Of a DNA stretch of 64,000 nucleotides, positions 26,292-40,280 are shown one piece after another; the first letter of the stretch is position 1; every line of letters starts with the position of its first letter. The notes beneath the pieces are model-generated. The model made no database searches. It was not told the origin of the DNA and saw only the letters and a program-made list of their open reading frames with translations. The DNA lies in NCBI GenBank assembly GCA_964187785.1, contig OZ076412.1, positions 53,320,001-53,384,000 of the forward strand. The letters run 5' to 3'. The DNA is from Amphiscolops sp. MND2022 (Eukaryota). The translations under genes and the position numbers were made by a program.

Positions 26292-29181
26292 AAAATATTT
26301 ATCTAGTTGGAGCAAAAATACAATATATTTATTGAAATAAGAAAAATATTGTCAGAGCTCTACAATATATTGCGCAAAAAGTTTATGCAATATAGAAAAA
26401 AAACTTCATTTAATATGCATTTTAAACGGACCTCCAATTCTTCCTGCCAACAAATATGACTGGGTGCCTGGGACTTCCAACTTAGCGGAAAGACTTTTCA
26501 GCTATGCTCGATTCACCCTTACTGACTACCGCAAAGAAACGCTTCCTATTAGTTTCTAGAGTGTAGTTTTCTTTATACAAAGAAACAACATTGGGATGTT
26601 TGCCTTGTAAATGTTTCTCTGCCCAATAAATAATTTCACAATCTATTGTTTTTCTAAAATATTGCAGGACAATAAATACAATATATTTATTGCTGAAATT
26701 GAACCAAACAATATATTTATTTTTTTGAAAAAATATATTTAAATACAATATTTCACACCCCTGAATATAAGTCATTTTTCAATAGCGACTGATAACAAAC
26801 ACGAATGACGTCATTGCAATATACATGCATATACACTGCCATCGATTTTTTTTGTATCAAAGTACGACATGTCCCGCAAATAAGTTATGTAGCCACCAAA
26901 CATGTTACTGAAAAAATAAGACATGTCTTATATCAAGCAGAACACGGTATAAGAATTGTAGCAAAAACTGCATACAACGTCCAGCTGAAGATAATGAATT
27001 GCGTCAGATATTAAACGTCTGTCAAATTCTTAGCCTGTATTAATAGCATGCTTTAGATAACATATCAGCTTAAACTTATAAATCAGTCTTCAAAGCCTGC
27101 CTTGGCACCTTATTGAGTTTACAAGAATTGTTTGCTGAGATTTGTTTGCTGAGTACCTTCAGATAAACATTGATATATCCAAACTTGCGTTAATTCTTCT
27201 CTCTTTAGAAGTTAAAATAATTACACGAGAAGACTGGAAACGTTCAGTTCCAAAATGCAAAGAAGATCCTAAGACTCTTCATCGTAAAACAGCTTTTGAG
27301 AGAATTTTTCATCCATAACCAAGTTTCACAAGCACATATATGAATGAACACATGCAGTTCGAATATCTTTAGTTTCCTCAGATTCGAAATAGTGATAGAA
27401 ACGGCAAATCATAAAACAACAATTTCATCATTTTTCAAAACATTTAAGGTAACTTGGTTTCTATGTCATTTATTCGTGAAAAACAATGAACGCCTTTTCG
27501 TCTGTAAATTCTATTGTTTGTCTGTAACTTTGCTTACACTTGATATTTTTTCAATGTTTTAGAAACTAACTGGAATTTTTCCTATGTGCATTGAAAACTA
27601 TAGACAAGTATAAATAACGAGCTTTTTGTTGATAAAATTAGGTACGGCTAATTTGACAAGAAAGTTTTGGAAAAGATCTTGCATTAGAGAATTATGGACG
27701 TCAGTACGGGATACAATTTCCTAAGCTCGGCAGAATACGATTTCCTTCCGTGATAAAATGTCATGTGCTGGTGCCATCACAATAGTAACGGCATTGAGAT
27801 TGACAAAAACCGCCATAACAGGGATGCTTCATTGATTTACAAGAAACTATTGATAGCTTAGATCATGGACATGGAAAACTTTTGTCTAAACCCTTTAATT
27901 ATGGCTTCAAGGGAAAAAATTCAGATACTTTCTTTCCGAAGCAGTATAACAACTGCAATACGTCTCTTACAATGGAACGATAACTGCAGAGCTGAAAATT
28001 GATACACGAATACCTCAAGGTTCAGTCTTTGAACTTCTTTTACTGTATATAAATGACATACACCTTTGTATGAGCGATTGTAGAATAGTTATTAAAACCA
28101 TCACCAAATGATAAAATCTGCGTTTACTGCATGGAATACATGCCGGGAGCACTGAACGTTTGAAGTAAAACGTCACTTTATCGAGACACGTCAAAAATGG
28201 AGTCTGGTCGATGAGAAACTGTTGGCATTAAGTTTCGCTGTTTTTCTCCGTTTGTCTCAACGAAAGACTACCTCGAAGTCCTTCATTGAAAAACGCCAAA
28301 TGCCGAGGCCTGTTGACAAACTAGGTGAGGGCAAACTTAAAAACAGTTTTTGCTATACTTGATGACGTAACTCTGGTTACAGTCTACCGAGCTTTCTCCC
28401 TGATACCTAGCAGAATTGTTTGGAATAAAATCCGTCTTGGCATGACTGGCGTTTTTCGCAAATTAAATCACCTTCGGTATTCATATCTAGTCACTGTGAC
28501 ATTAGGCAAACTTTTGCATTGAATTGTCTCCCTATTCTTTCTAAGCCTCACTAGTTGAGGGATCACCTTCTGACTAATTGTTACATCAATAGCTTGCAAA
28601 ACATGGGAATTTAAACTGGATTTAATGTCATCTAATCTCAGTCGTTTTACTGTTGAGTTCTTCACTAAACGCCCCCCAAAGTCCCCTTACTCTCTGAAGC
28701 ATAACTTGAAAATTAAGCACTGATCTAAATTCCTCTCCGCTGGGGTTTGTTCTATCTTGAGGCAAATTAAACACAAAGTCTGATTGCAACTTTTCATTTT
28801 CGTAATTGTTTTCGAATTCATTTCTTAAGTAAATTTCGTAGCATAACGTTCATATCCTCTAATCAGACATAAGGTCTGGTTGAAGGGACTTGTTTCCCTT
28901 GCCTTTTGTTTTCTGGTTGAAGGCATATGTGAAGAAAGTTGCTCTCAAAAAATTGAACGGAGCTTGTATTTTTCATCCTGTTGGGATCGAGGTTCGAGGG
29001 AGAAGTTCCCGTCTCTGTTGGAAGCTCTCTAACCGATTCTCGTCTGTGAACGCTATCTGTAATGGGCATTTTGGTCATCCTCAGGATCACCATAGAAACA
29101 GGTTTTGAATAATGTCTTCAAGAATTACCAAATCAATAAACTCAATATCTCAGAAAGTACAGCACATAACAAATAATCAAC

Positions 29182-29378
29182 TGAGACGAAGATGCCATTC
29201 ATATGGCCATTTAAGTTCAACGTACCTGCCATAGAAACACTCTTATCGCAGAACATTTAGTGCCGGAGCTACGTTTTGATACAGTTGATCGTATAGTAGA
29301 CACAAATCTTGTAACGTACATTATTGTTGAGATTCTAGTTTTTAATTCAACTTCTTACTTATCCATTGGTCAATTACA
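29182..29378 (+). repeat. 5' LTR
   Basis: TGAGACG...CAATTACA; 7 substitutions versus the 3' LTR by eye. Confidence 0.97.
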
Positions 29379-29392
29379 TGGCGCAGTCAGCA
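29379..29392 (+). other. Primer-binding site, probably tRNA-Ser
   Basis: TGGCGCAGTCAGCA directly after the 5' LTR; reverse complement TGCTGACTGCG-CCA resembles eukaryotic tRNA-Ser 3' ends (tRNA identity is inference). Confidence 0.7.
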
Positions 29393-32300
29393 ATCTAATG
29401 GACACCCACTGAGACCCGAATACTTCGGTACAACCGGCCCAACCGGCCGTGAATCAAACGATAATAAACCAGACAACAGCAGACCGAATGGAGAAGAACA
29501 AATACAAAATCCCGATTTTATCGGACAGAGAAACTGATTCGACAAAAATAAACCCACGAATGTGGTGGGAACAAATTTCCGAGTACATACATCTCACGTA
29601 CAATCGGAATTTAGATGAAATGATGGACCAAGGCACCGTTCAAATGGACCCACATACCGTGTATCACATCAAGGGAGATGTTATTTGGGCAATAGGTCCC
29701 AAAGCCCAACACGAAATTATGAGAGGTCAATGGGGAAGAGAGCTGAAAGACGTTGACTTATCAGAACTATTGAAACTATTCAAGAAAACATTCATACCCG
29801 CGAGAAATGTTTTTCACAGTCGAGCCCAATTCTTTAACATCAAACAGTAGGACAACGAAACATTAGATGAATACTGGAAAAGACTTGTCGACATCGAAAG
29901 AAAATGCGAATTCAACAAAATCACACCAGAAGACATTATAAGGTACCAATTCGCAGCAACCAACAAGGACAAAAAAGCCCGAGACAAATTCATAAAAGGG
30001 CAAGTAAAACTCCAAATGGTCCTTGACACCATCGAACAGGACAATTACAATCGCAAATACGGAGACAAGTAGCCGAACAAAAAACACAGAAAACCTCCAT
30101 CCGATAGCTCGTCAAGCGAAAAACAAGTCGCTTACACACACCCAGCACGGAAACGAAAGACAACTGAAACGGGGAAGAAGAAGCTATCGAGCCGTAACTG
30201 CTACATTTGCGGTAAACCAACATGGTCATTGGAACACATCTGCCCAGCACGGCGAGCACAATGCAATAACTGCAAGAAAATGGGACATTTTGCCAAAGTG
30301 GGCAAATCCAAGACCGTCAGTCGGATCCAGAAGGAACCAAAACGGACAGTAACACTGAATCATGGCCAGAAGTCGACCACATTCAATCCGTCAACAGCAT
30401 CAACCGTATAGACTTCTACAATGCGATACTATTGGTCCTGGGACAGCCAATAGAATTCAATATTGACACTGTCTCTCCGATAATTAGTCCAATAGAAGTA
30501 TAAAAAACCACAAAAAGCTTTGTAGATGTAAACAAAAACCCGATAAAATTCCAAGGTGAGGCCATGGTGTAAGTGAAAACGGAAAGAAGCAAAGAAGTCC
30601 TACCCATATTAATTACTGAAAACAAAAACACCCAACCCTTGCTGGGGTTGGACTGGGTGGACAAACTGGAAATTGGATTACAAGGAAACAAGAACACGAA
30701 TATTATCCGACATATCGAAACCGACGAAAGACGACAGAAGATCATAAACGAATACGAAGACTTATTCAAAAACAATCACACAATCAAAGATCTGACAATT
30801 GACATCCAACTGAAAAAAGGTACAAAACCAAAACAACAAAAGGGGCGACCAGTACCAATACATTTTCAAAAAACGGTCAAACACGATTTGAAAAGATGAT
30901 TGAAAAAAGACACCTAGAGAAAGCGGACAAACCACGGAAAATTGTTTTATCACCATCAAAAAGGATAAATCCGTGAAAATAGCACTTGATTCAAGAAAGC
31001 TAAACGAAGCATGTGTCAAGAGAATAGCGGCAATGGCAAACATGGAAGAACTAATTAGTAAAATATTGGCAGAAATTACAAAAATAACGGAGAAATTTGG
31101 ATGACAAAGATTGACTTGGATTACGCTTTTGGGCAGGCAAAACTATCCAAAGAAGCAGCAAAACACTACGTGTTCTCGGTAATGGGACGAGACTTCACGC
31201 ACCACTACCGATTTAAGAAAGTCTTTTATGGGCTTTCGGATATCCCAACTGTATTTCAAGTACATATGGACAAAGTGCTGGAATATAAAACACCAGTCTG
31301 GCTAGATGACATCATTTGTGTAACCAACGGAACAATTGACGAACCCGAAAAAGAAGCACGCGAAGTACTCAACAAGTTACAAAACGCTGGATACAGAGCA
31401 AGCGAAAAGAAAACCGAACTCTTCAAATAAGAACTAACTTGGTTGGGTTACCACATAAATCAAAGCGGAGTAAAGCCGATAAAAGGCAAGACAGAAGCAA
31501 TAACGAAGCAATTGAGTGCCCCAAAGAGTGACAAAGAACTCAAATCCTTCTTGGGTTCGGTACAACATTTGTCAAAATTCATAAACAACTTGTCCAAGAA
31601 GACCGACAGAATGAGAAATTTATTGAAGAAAGAAACTCGTTGGGAGTGGACACCCGAAATAGATGAAGACTTCGAGAATTGGAAGAAAGAGATAACAGAA
31701 TCGCCATGCCTTGCCCACTTCGACCCAAAGAAAGATAACTACGTGACGACAGACGCTTGCAATACGGGCCTCGAGGCAACACTCTGGCAAAAAGAAGGAG
31801 AAATTTTCAGACCAGTCGCATTCGCTAGTAAATTCGTCACTGATTGTGAGAGGAAATAAGCTAATAATGAACTAGAACTACTAGCAGCGTTATGGGGGTT
31901 AGAGTATTCCAGATACTACGTATACGAAAAGAAAATTAACTTGTTAACCGATCATCAAGCACTCCAACCGTTGTTAAAGAGAAAGAGGGCGCAAGAGCAG
32001 TATAGTGCTAGGCTAACACGGTAGTTAGATAGATTGAGCCACTTCGATGTAAACATACAGTATACTGCTGGAAAAATTATTCCGCTGACGGATTACTTAA
32101 GCCGACATCCGATCATAAAAACCGCTGAGAACGGAACGGAAAATGACGTAAGCGGTCAAACCGAAACGGAATCCGAAGAAGAATTCGTGATGAATCAAAT
32201 ACACAGCTTATTCCATTTTATTCAAATGAACGGAAGCATAAAGAGATTCACGAAACGAATCAAACCGAGACCAAAAATTGACCAACCGTCTGATATACGC

Positions 32301-34810
32301 AAGCGTGAACAGAACAAACAAAATCATTCGCTCGAAGCCTCAGTACCATTGAACGGTGTTAATCCAACATCGATAAGACTTTTAAATCGCAATCAATCCG
32401 CACCAGAAACTAAAATGGACAAAGTCAACGGCATCGATTTGCAATTTATTTACAAAAAGAGAGGCCACTCCCCGGAAACCTACCGACTCTGGACGGAGAG
32501 AAAAAACTCCTAAAGCAGGAAAAGACGAGAATAGTCGGAAAAGGAAGCGACCATGAACTATTACAAGAAAATCGGCCCCCACAGCAAGCACGAAAACGGA
32601 TAGTGGAACTAAACATCCAAATATACAATCGCTTCTTCCACTAATGTGAAACCTTGGGAACAACACCGCTGAAAGAATAGCAACAAAATAATCACGAGTC
32701 ATGGATCATTCAAAACTCATCGGACAATGAGAGTCAAGTGAGCAACATTCGACAAAAGAAAAAATGCCCCACCAACGCACTCAAGAAACTCCGCAAGCGT
32801 GAAACGTCAACCTATTTAGACTAAAACAGACGGTCAAAACAATCACAATGGACGACGAACAGAATGAATACACAGAGGAAACCATCAAAAGATCAGAGAA
32901 AGATTTCGATCTCGACCTACCGATGCTCGTGGACGAGACGGCGAAGGACGTAAAGATTTTGGGCGCCATCGCTGCCCTCGAAAAGCATCAGCCCGAAGAC
33001 ATATTCTACCCGTATCGTCCACATAGAAGTCATCTAACCACCAGATTCGGTCTTCTCTTCTACAACGACAAGATCATTATACCCGAAAATATGCGGACAA
33101 CAAACATTGCCATGCTCCATCAAGGACACCCGTCTGCGACCACAAGGGATCAATTAGCGACAGCGTTCTGGTGGCCCGGCATTTACCAAGAAATCCGAGA
33201 GAAGGCAAAAAACTGCCTTAGTTGCAGAGCCTAAGGTAAGAATCTTGTAACACAATTACCGTCCACTGAGAAAAGCAAGCTAGAAACTTTGTCCGAGCCA
33301 AACCAAGAAACTCAATTGGATTTCGCTGGTCCAATAAAATCAAAGACTCGCGGCGACGTGTATATTTTGATGGCCGTCGACCGATTTAATAAATGGCCAA
33401 GGGCTCAAATTTGTGAAAGTACCGATTCACTAACAGTTTTAAAATTTTTAACGAGTTTTTGTTCAGATAACGGAAGGCCACGGAGTATACGTACCGACAA
33501 CGATAGTTGTCTTAAAAGTAACGAATTCAAGGAATTTTGTAACCGAGAAAATATAAAACGCATTAGATGCACATCAAATTTGCACACCGGTACCGGCCAA
33601 GTGGAAAGAACCGTACGAACAATTAAGTCACTAACTAGAGCAAAAATGGCAGATGGCTTAATATTCGAATAGAGTGTTAACTTAGCAATTAAAACAATCA
33701 GACACATTCCCAACAGTAAATTGAACATGACGCCGTTCCAGATGTTTTTCGGACGAAAACCTCGCACGGCGATAACTAATATAAATAGACAACCTGATCG
33801 TATCTTAGCTAATTGGAGAAAGACACAGACCAATTACATTTCAGCACAACCAACGGATCTTCAGATGTTCACCATAGACGATTCAGAAGAAGAAATGGCT
33901 GATTACATTCGATTCGGCTGATACAATACCGAACGCATTGAAATGCAGATTCAAAACTAATAAATTACTAACGGCAGTAAAAGAAACTAAACATACTATA
34001 ACTACACCTCACCTGAAGGGAAAACAATACACAAAAAACTAGCGTCAAAACCGTAAAAATTTCAGCTTTCAAAAAAACCGGATGAAAATCGGAAACCAAC
34101 TAACAGAAGTCGCAGATGTGGGAAATTCTGCCAAAGAGAATTCTGTGACACACATAAAGGAGTGTATGGAACTCCAAAAAGCCCGCAAGAACCGTGTAGT
34201 AGTTACACCCTACCGACAATGCCGCAGAAACGATCCACATATGATGACATTACCACAACTCACAGAGAAACGGACGCTCACGAACCACAAGCCGCTACAA
34301 CAGCGGACGAACAGCACGAAGAACAAAATCACACCGTAGAAGAACCACAACCAAAAGAAGACAACGCATCCGAAGCAAATACACCGCTGCCTACCACACT
34401 GATCCAATGTAGATCAGCCACGGTCCGCGTCCGTCCCAGAGGGGAGACGACCAACAGACCACTCCGATACGCGCAACCGTTATCGCTGAAGGATCGTCGG
34501 AAACGGAAAAGCAAACAGAGAAAAAGGTAAAACTAACGTTAAAGAGACAAAGCTGGAAAATAATAAAGTAACTTTGAACAATCAAGTGATCTTCGTAGAT
34601 CAGTTAGGATAAAGGGCGCTAGACGCACCGAGAAACTAGGAGGGGTAGAGTATTTCTAATATTGGTCGTTTAGGAACCATCTCCAGCCCACTTCGAAGAT
34701 TCCTTACAACTCCCTTTCCGAGACTGAAGAAAGAGGGCACACAAACAGGAAAAACTGCCAAGAAACCCTCCGGAAGTGAGGACTGGTTTCCCTAACTGCA
34801 GAAGGGGGAA

Positions 34811-35007
34811 TGAGACGAAGATGCCATTCATATGGCCATTTAAGTTCAAAGTACCTGCCATAGAAACACACTTATCGCAGAACATTTGGTGCCGGTGCTA
34901 CGTTTTGATACAGTTGATCGTATAGTATACACGAATCTTGTAACGTACACTATTGTTGAGATTCTAGTTTTTAATTCAACTTCTTACTTATCCATTGGTC
35001 AATTACA
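34811..35007 (+). repeat. 3' LTR
   Basis: Preceded by the polypurine tract 34801-34810 and followed by TSD TCAAC 35008-35012. Confidence 0.97.
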
Positions 35008-35235
35008 TCAACTATCAATTACCACTAGAAACTCAATAAAACAAAGGACAATTCTTTAATTCCGCCCAACTAGCAAGCTTGGGGCTCTACTGGCACTCCT
35101 TATAAAATGTTCACCTGCAGGAAATCATTCGACAATCGATTTTGAAACGTTGTTTAGAACAAAACTGAATTGAAGAACCAGATGTAAGAAACAGTAGAAT
35201 GTTTTCTATTGAGTCGCAAACAATTGAAATGCTTG

Positions 35236-36000
35236 AACAAGCCGGGAACGGCCAAAATCGGCGCTATATCTAAGTTTCAAAAAGCGCGAAGATTTAAAAA
35301 TTGTAAAAAGGTAGACCCTTTGAGCTTTAAGAAACTCCAGTTTGTTGCAAAGCGTGAAAAGGAGATCCCTTTGGGAATTTTTTTTCAAAGGTCGAAATTA
35401 GATTTGTGAAGAATGTCACAGTACCGGAAAAAGTAAAAGGGGACTCTTTCGGATTTGTAGCATCTATTTTGTTGCAAAATACTGAAACAAATGAACGGTA
35501 CACCCTTTGGTGCTATCCAAAAATCTTCGTTAAAATATCTCAGTGCCGAAAAAATTTTAAGTTAAAATCACCTAGATTGCCAAAGTCGGAACACAGCCCA
35601 AGGCACATAATTGTACCCGGGGACGTGGATTTAACGTCGTTGCAAATGCTTCACACAATGATTTTGGCGTTTTTTATGCGGCGAAACAAAAAAAAATTCG
35701 AAAAAAGTCGCAAAGTGCCGAAAAAAAGTGGGGCTAAGGGGGGATCCTTAGTTTGCTTTCGTGGTTCTGGACGTGTTTTGTTCTTTCTTTTCGTTTTGGA
35801 CGCGCGTTTGAGGTTCGAGTGTTTGAACCTCCATAGTTAAAGTTGTTGAACAAATGAACAAAAAAGTGGACCTTACGCGAGTAAAAAAACTACCCACTGT
35901 AAGAGTCTGGCACATTTTCTACTAAAAAGCGCCGACTAAAAAAGCTACCCACTGTGAGAGTCGGGCACATTTTCTACTAAAATGCGCCGACTAAAAAGAC
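35236..36000 (-). repeat. HINE-like repeat copy
   Basis: AACAAGCCGGGAACGGCCAAAATCGGCGC at 35236; GCGCCGACTAAAAA twice near 35930-36000. Confidence 0.88.
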
Positions 36001-36366
36001 AAAAGTGAAAATTATATCGTTTCTTGATTTCATAGATGGCTACGGGAAAACAAACTACAAAACAAAAGCAGAAATTCAAAATTATGCAGAAACTGGCAAT
36101 AGCATTTTGAGATAACTTCGCTTTGTTCCGTATCCTGATTGAATACCTTCATTCTTTTTCTCAGAATAACAACATGCTTTTCTACACAAAAGAAGCGATC
36201 TCTCTTTCTCCACCAAATTAAAGATGCTGCCTAGCTTCAAGAGAGAATTAAGCACCTACCCTTTTATGGCATTTTCAACACAAAAAAATAATCTTTAACA
36301 ATAGGATGTACATATATTAATAGAACTTTCTAAACCAAAATAAACAAAAAAGAAAATTCGAGAATC

Positions 36367-37536
36367 TCAATATTTAGTAAGAGCTCCTCGGCTTTTGATT
36401 ACTTCTGCTATTCTGTCTGGCATTGACATGAATAATTTCTCGCAATATTCGGGTGTTGTAACACTCTCCCATGCTAATGAAAAATTTTCTTACGAGATCG
36501 TCTTGTCCGGGAGCTTTTGCCCGTTTTCCGCTTCAGAATAAACCATGCTTTTCTATGGGGTTGATATCCGGACTGTTTCCTGGCCAATCCAATACCTGAA
36601 TATTTTCCTCCCGAAAAATCAGGAAACTACTCGCTCTATGACAAGGAGCATTGTCATGCGAAAATATATCAGCATGATGTTGTAACATTATGAAGCCTCT
36701 CCCGCAATAAACGCTCATCTATTTCTCTATTTACATGTACCCCAGTATCGTAAATTTTCAATTGACTACCACCATTTCTGCTGATACAGCCTCATATCAT
36801 ACTAAAAATTGGATGCTTGACGGCTTTTCAATACATATGGTTGCCGGTATCTTGTACCTGGCGGTCTCCGAACAAATACCCATTGGTAAAACTGACGTAT
36901 CATGGTTTCATCGGACAAGAGAACTTTTGCCCAATCTTCCAAGGAAAAAGCCGCGTACCGTTTTGAAAATTCCAGCCTCCTGTGACGCATAGATTTGGTT
37001 AAAAGTGGTTTTCTGGCTGCTCGATATCCATTTGGGTTGAATTTCTCACATAGGAGTCGTCGAATATGCCCAGCGGAATAAATTATCCCGTATGATTCAA
37101 AGTCCTTTTTAAAGTCACGGGAAGATGCAAATGGATCACGTTCATTTTTTTGAAGCAAAATGTGCAGAGTTCGTTCAGAATAACTTGATTTCTTTTGGAA
37201 TGTTCCTCTGGGTTTCTTGAGACCCGATAATCATTTTTTATCCATATTTTGCAACGAGAAGTGGCTGAAATGTTCAATACTTGGGCAATTTTTCGGTATG
37301 AAAAACCAAGTTTGATAAGCATTATTACTTTCTCTTTAATCTCTAAAGAATGGTCTTTTCTGCGCCCCATTTAGTGAATGTATGTTGGAACGATAATGTA
37401 TGTTCAATTCTAAATGATTTGATAACGTTTTCAATGTTTTTGAAAACCGGATGTGACGTGTTGAAGCAAAATGTGTGAATAAACCTTTCCTATAACACGA
37501 AAATTGTTAATTTTCGTAATCATGCGTTCACCACTG
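36367..37536 (-). mobile_element. Tc1-family DNA transposon, frameshifted transposase pseudogene; one end (TA|CAGTGGTGAA at 37536) visible
   Basis: HTH MGRRKDHSLEIKEKVI..GFSYRKIAQ, RKPLLT, SDET, HDNAPCH, WPGNSPDINPIE, C-terminal SMPDRIAEVIKSRGALTKY*. The matching TIR was not found. Confidence 0.93.
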
Positions 37537-38659
37537 TAAAGGAGCTTTCCGAAGTATCCTACACTTTCATACCAACAGCCAACCTTCTTTCAAACGTTGT
37601 TTCGAATTTGAATGGGCAAAAGTGTTTCTGATTTCGTCGAAACAAAATTTCTGCGAAATAGAACAGGAACATGTTCTACGTTTATCCTTTTTGCGCTATT
37701 AACTCACTCAAAAATTGTCCCGCAGAAAACATTTTAGCGTTAAAAGATAGGGAACAATTCCGAGCTAACAAAATTTTTCCCTGGAGGTTTTACGCATGTT
37801 TTCGACCCAACCCAGGTTGACACTTAGAGCACTGTTACGGTATTGCAGATGGCTGGAAGCAAAATTGTATCAATCATTCACATCATACTTCGAATTTGTG
37901 TGTTTCTATAGATTTCTTTCAAACAAAATAAACGTGGCAAGGATCTTGCAAAATGTTTTCAATTCGATAAATTTTTCCAACCGCCTTCTGATTTTGCAAC
38001 AGCGTATCCAGTAATCTCGCGCAAAACATTGACTGATCATAAATCATATTAGTAAATTGCTCAAAAACCTCAAATTCATTCAAAATTTTCCTCATGGCCT
38101 GAGCTTGCTATTTCATAACAACTTGCCCGTTTCCTTGTAAATCCAATGGCTCAATATTTTTGCCTAAAAAAACACGGATTGTGACTTTTACACTTCTAGA
38201 TTTCACAGTTCTTGAATTTTGATTTCTTAACAGTTTTAATTATGGTTTCCAACAAGAATAGCGATTCTGCCCGCAAATGGCCCCTGACTCTCAAGTTCAG
38301 CTAACAAACCGGAATTTTTGGCAGACATTTTTGTGCTCGTTTTCTTCCCTGACACGTGAGTGTTCCAAAGGCCTAATTAATTTGTTATTCTTTCTGAATT
38401 TTTATCAAGATGAGTTCATTGTCTTGGTAGCGTCTTTGACTGAATAGCAATCACGTGAATATTTTGAAGCTCTTCCGGAAGCTAGAAGCAATTCGAACCA
38501 CAAAAAAGGATTTCTCCGAAGACTGTTCATTATTCAGCTAATGCTGAAGAAGCATTTTGTGTGGAACGACCTCAGTGGAAATTTAGCGAACCGGAAGTGA
38601 AATTGGCGGTTAATTTTCTCCTCAGTTGTTCACGCTCAAGCTTCATCAAAAAATCTAAA

Positions 38660-38783
38660 ATGGGAAACCAATTAGTGAATGCTGCGTTTGTTTTTTTGAT
38701 CATTCTGAATGCCGAAGTTGCCGCTAGGTCTTATTGGGATGCTATTAGCGACACAGTAAGCGATCATTACGGTTCGGCAAAAG
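38660..38783 (+). CDS. Exon 1 of predicted small secreted protein (signal peptide MGNQLVNAAFVFLIILNAEVAA, then RSYWDAISDTVSDHYGSAK)
   Basis: ATG in A-rich context (AAAATGG). Hydrophobic core followed by a small-residue cleavage-like site (VAA). Phase-1 donor G|GTTAGC at 38783/38784. Confidence 0.6.
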
Positions 38784-39339
38784 GTTAGCCCTCAAACTAC
38801 TAATTTGAAACTTTCAATTTGAATTGTATTTTCGGCTTACTGTGAAACTTGAAAAATTGTGTGGTCAAAGAAAATAGTGCTATGAAAAACAGTACAAAAC
38901 ACATTGCAGAAATAAAACTATGAAGACAAAACTAAACATTATTGACATACATTTCTAAAGCATTAGCTTCAGCTCCTATTTGTCTTCAAACGATTGACGT
39001 GGGTAGCGCCAAAATTTTCAGTCGGAGATTAGTTCTGTGATGGTGTAGTTCTCAATTTTATAAATAGCTAAAACCAAAAAGACCGAGTTTCTAGTGAGCT
39101 GTGTTTTTTCCGAGAACAAGATCTTAAACTAAATCTTGACAGTGGTTTCACTTCAAGCGTTCTCGCACTTAAATACCTACTGTATACCCAGTGTACATTC
39201 AAGTATTGAAACTGCGAATATACTTATGTCGTGTTACAGTAATTGTAATTTAAAAAGCGGAATATTGACTGTTCGAAGTTCCGAACAACATCTTTGTGAA
39301 CTAACTAACCAAATTGATCTCGGGAGCCACTATAGCGAC

Positions 39340-40280
39340 GTGTTTTTAGTCGGCGCTTTTCTTATGAAAAGAGTAGACTATAGTCATGGCTTTCGTTTCG
39401 ATACAGTGCTTTTTTCGAAACACTTGAATTGTCCAAAATAGTTCCACCAAAAGTTCTACTTCGTTTTTGGCTAAGTGCCTTCTGGCCATCTACAAACTAC
39501 ATTTGAGCTGTAAATGAGTCCTCTTCGACAATACCGCAACCCAAACCGGATTCAACGCAAACCGGATAAGACGAATACCGGACGAATATAACGTTTCTTG
39601 GAGCATTTTTCAGTGATACAAAAGGGTCCCCCTTTTGATTTTTAGGAAATTTAGGGTTGGTGCAAAATCATTTGAAGCCAAAGCGTTCCCCCTTTGGACT
39701 TTTTTCGGTATTGTGAGACCTTATTCTTTTTCAACTAGCTGAACAGTTTTTTCTTCAAACTATTGCATACTTTGTTGTTTTTGGCTCTCTACGTTTTTCC
39801 TAAACTTTCATTTGGTCAAACGGTACCCTATTGTTTTTTCAAAATCTTGAAAAGAGTCTCAACAAAAATACGAAATCAAACAAACAAACACCTGAAGGGA
39901 TGTATCAACAAACACCAACGTCAAGACAGGACAAGAAGAGCGCAATATTGGCTGCTCGAAGTTCCGAAACAAATATCATTGAACTAACAGAGCAAATTGT
40001 TCTCGAGAGCTTCTATAGTGATGTGTTTTTAGTCGGCGGATTTTGGTAAAAAATGAGCCCGATTCTTTTACAGTGGGTGGTTTTTTTGTAGACGCGTAAG
40101 ATCCACGTTTTTGTTCACTTGTTCAACAACATCAGCCTGAACTACTGACGTCCAAAAGATTCTCGAAACACCGGAACCTCATCCAAAACAAACATCGACG
40201 TTCAGAACCTCAAAAACATACTAAGGATCCCCTTTGATGCTTTTAACTCGGATTTTTTTTGACACTATGTGACTTTTTAA
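39340..40280 (+). repeat. Fragmented copies of the same family
   Basis: TTTTTAGTCGGCG at ~39345 and ~40026, AAAGGGTCCCC at ~39620. Confidence 0.7.

Larger units (their letters stand above)
29182..35007 (+). mobile_element. Full-length degenerate Ty3/Gypsy (Mag-like) LTR retrotransposon
   Basis: 197-bp LTRs TG...CA (29182-29378, 34811-35007), TSD TCAAC on both sides, PBS TGGCGCAGTCAGCA, PPT GAAGGGGGAA. Gag CCHC knuckles, PR IDT, RT WLDD, RNase H TTDAC/TDHQAL/DYLSRHP, IN H..H..C..C, QLDFAGP, RTDN, VER. Many stops and frameshifts. Confidence 0.97.

Noticed and set aside
28100-29130. Fragmentary minus-strand gag/ORF1-like coding remnants (similar patch at 40300-41200)
   Set aside because: No diagnostic motif allows a family assignment; probably decayed TE but not supportable.
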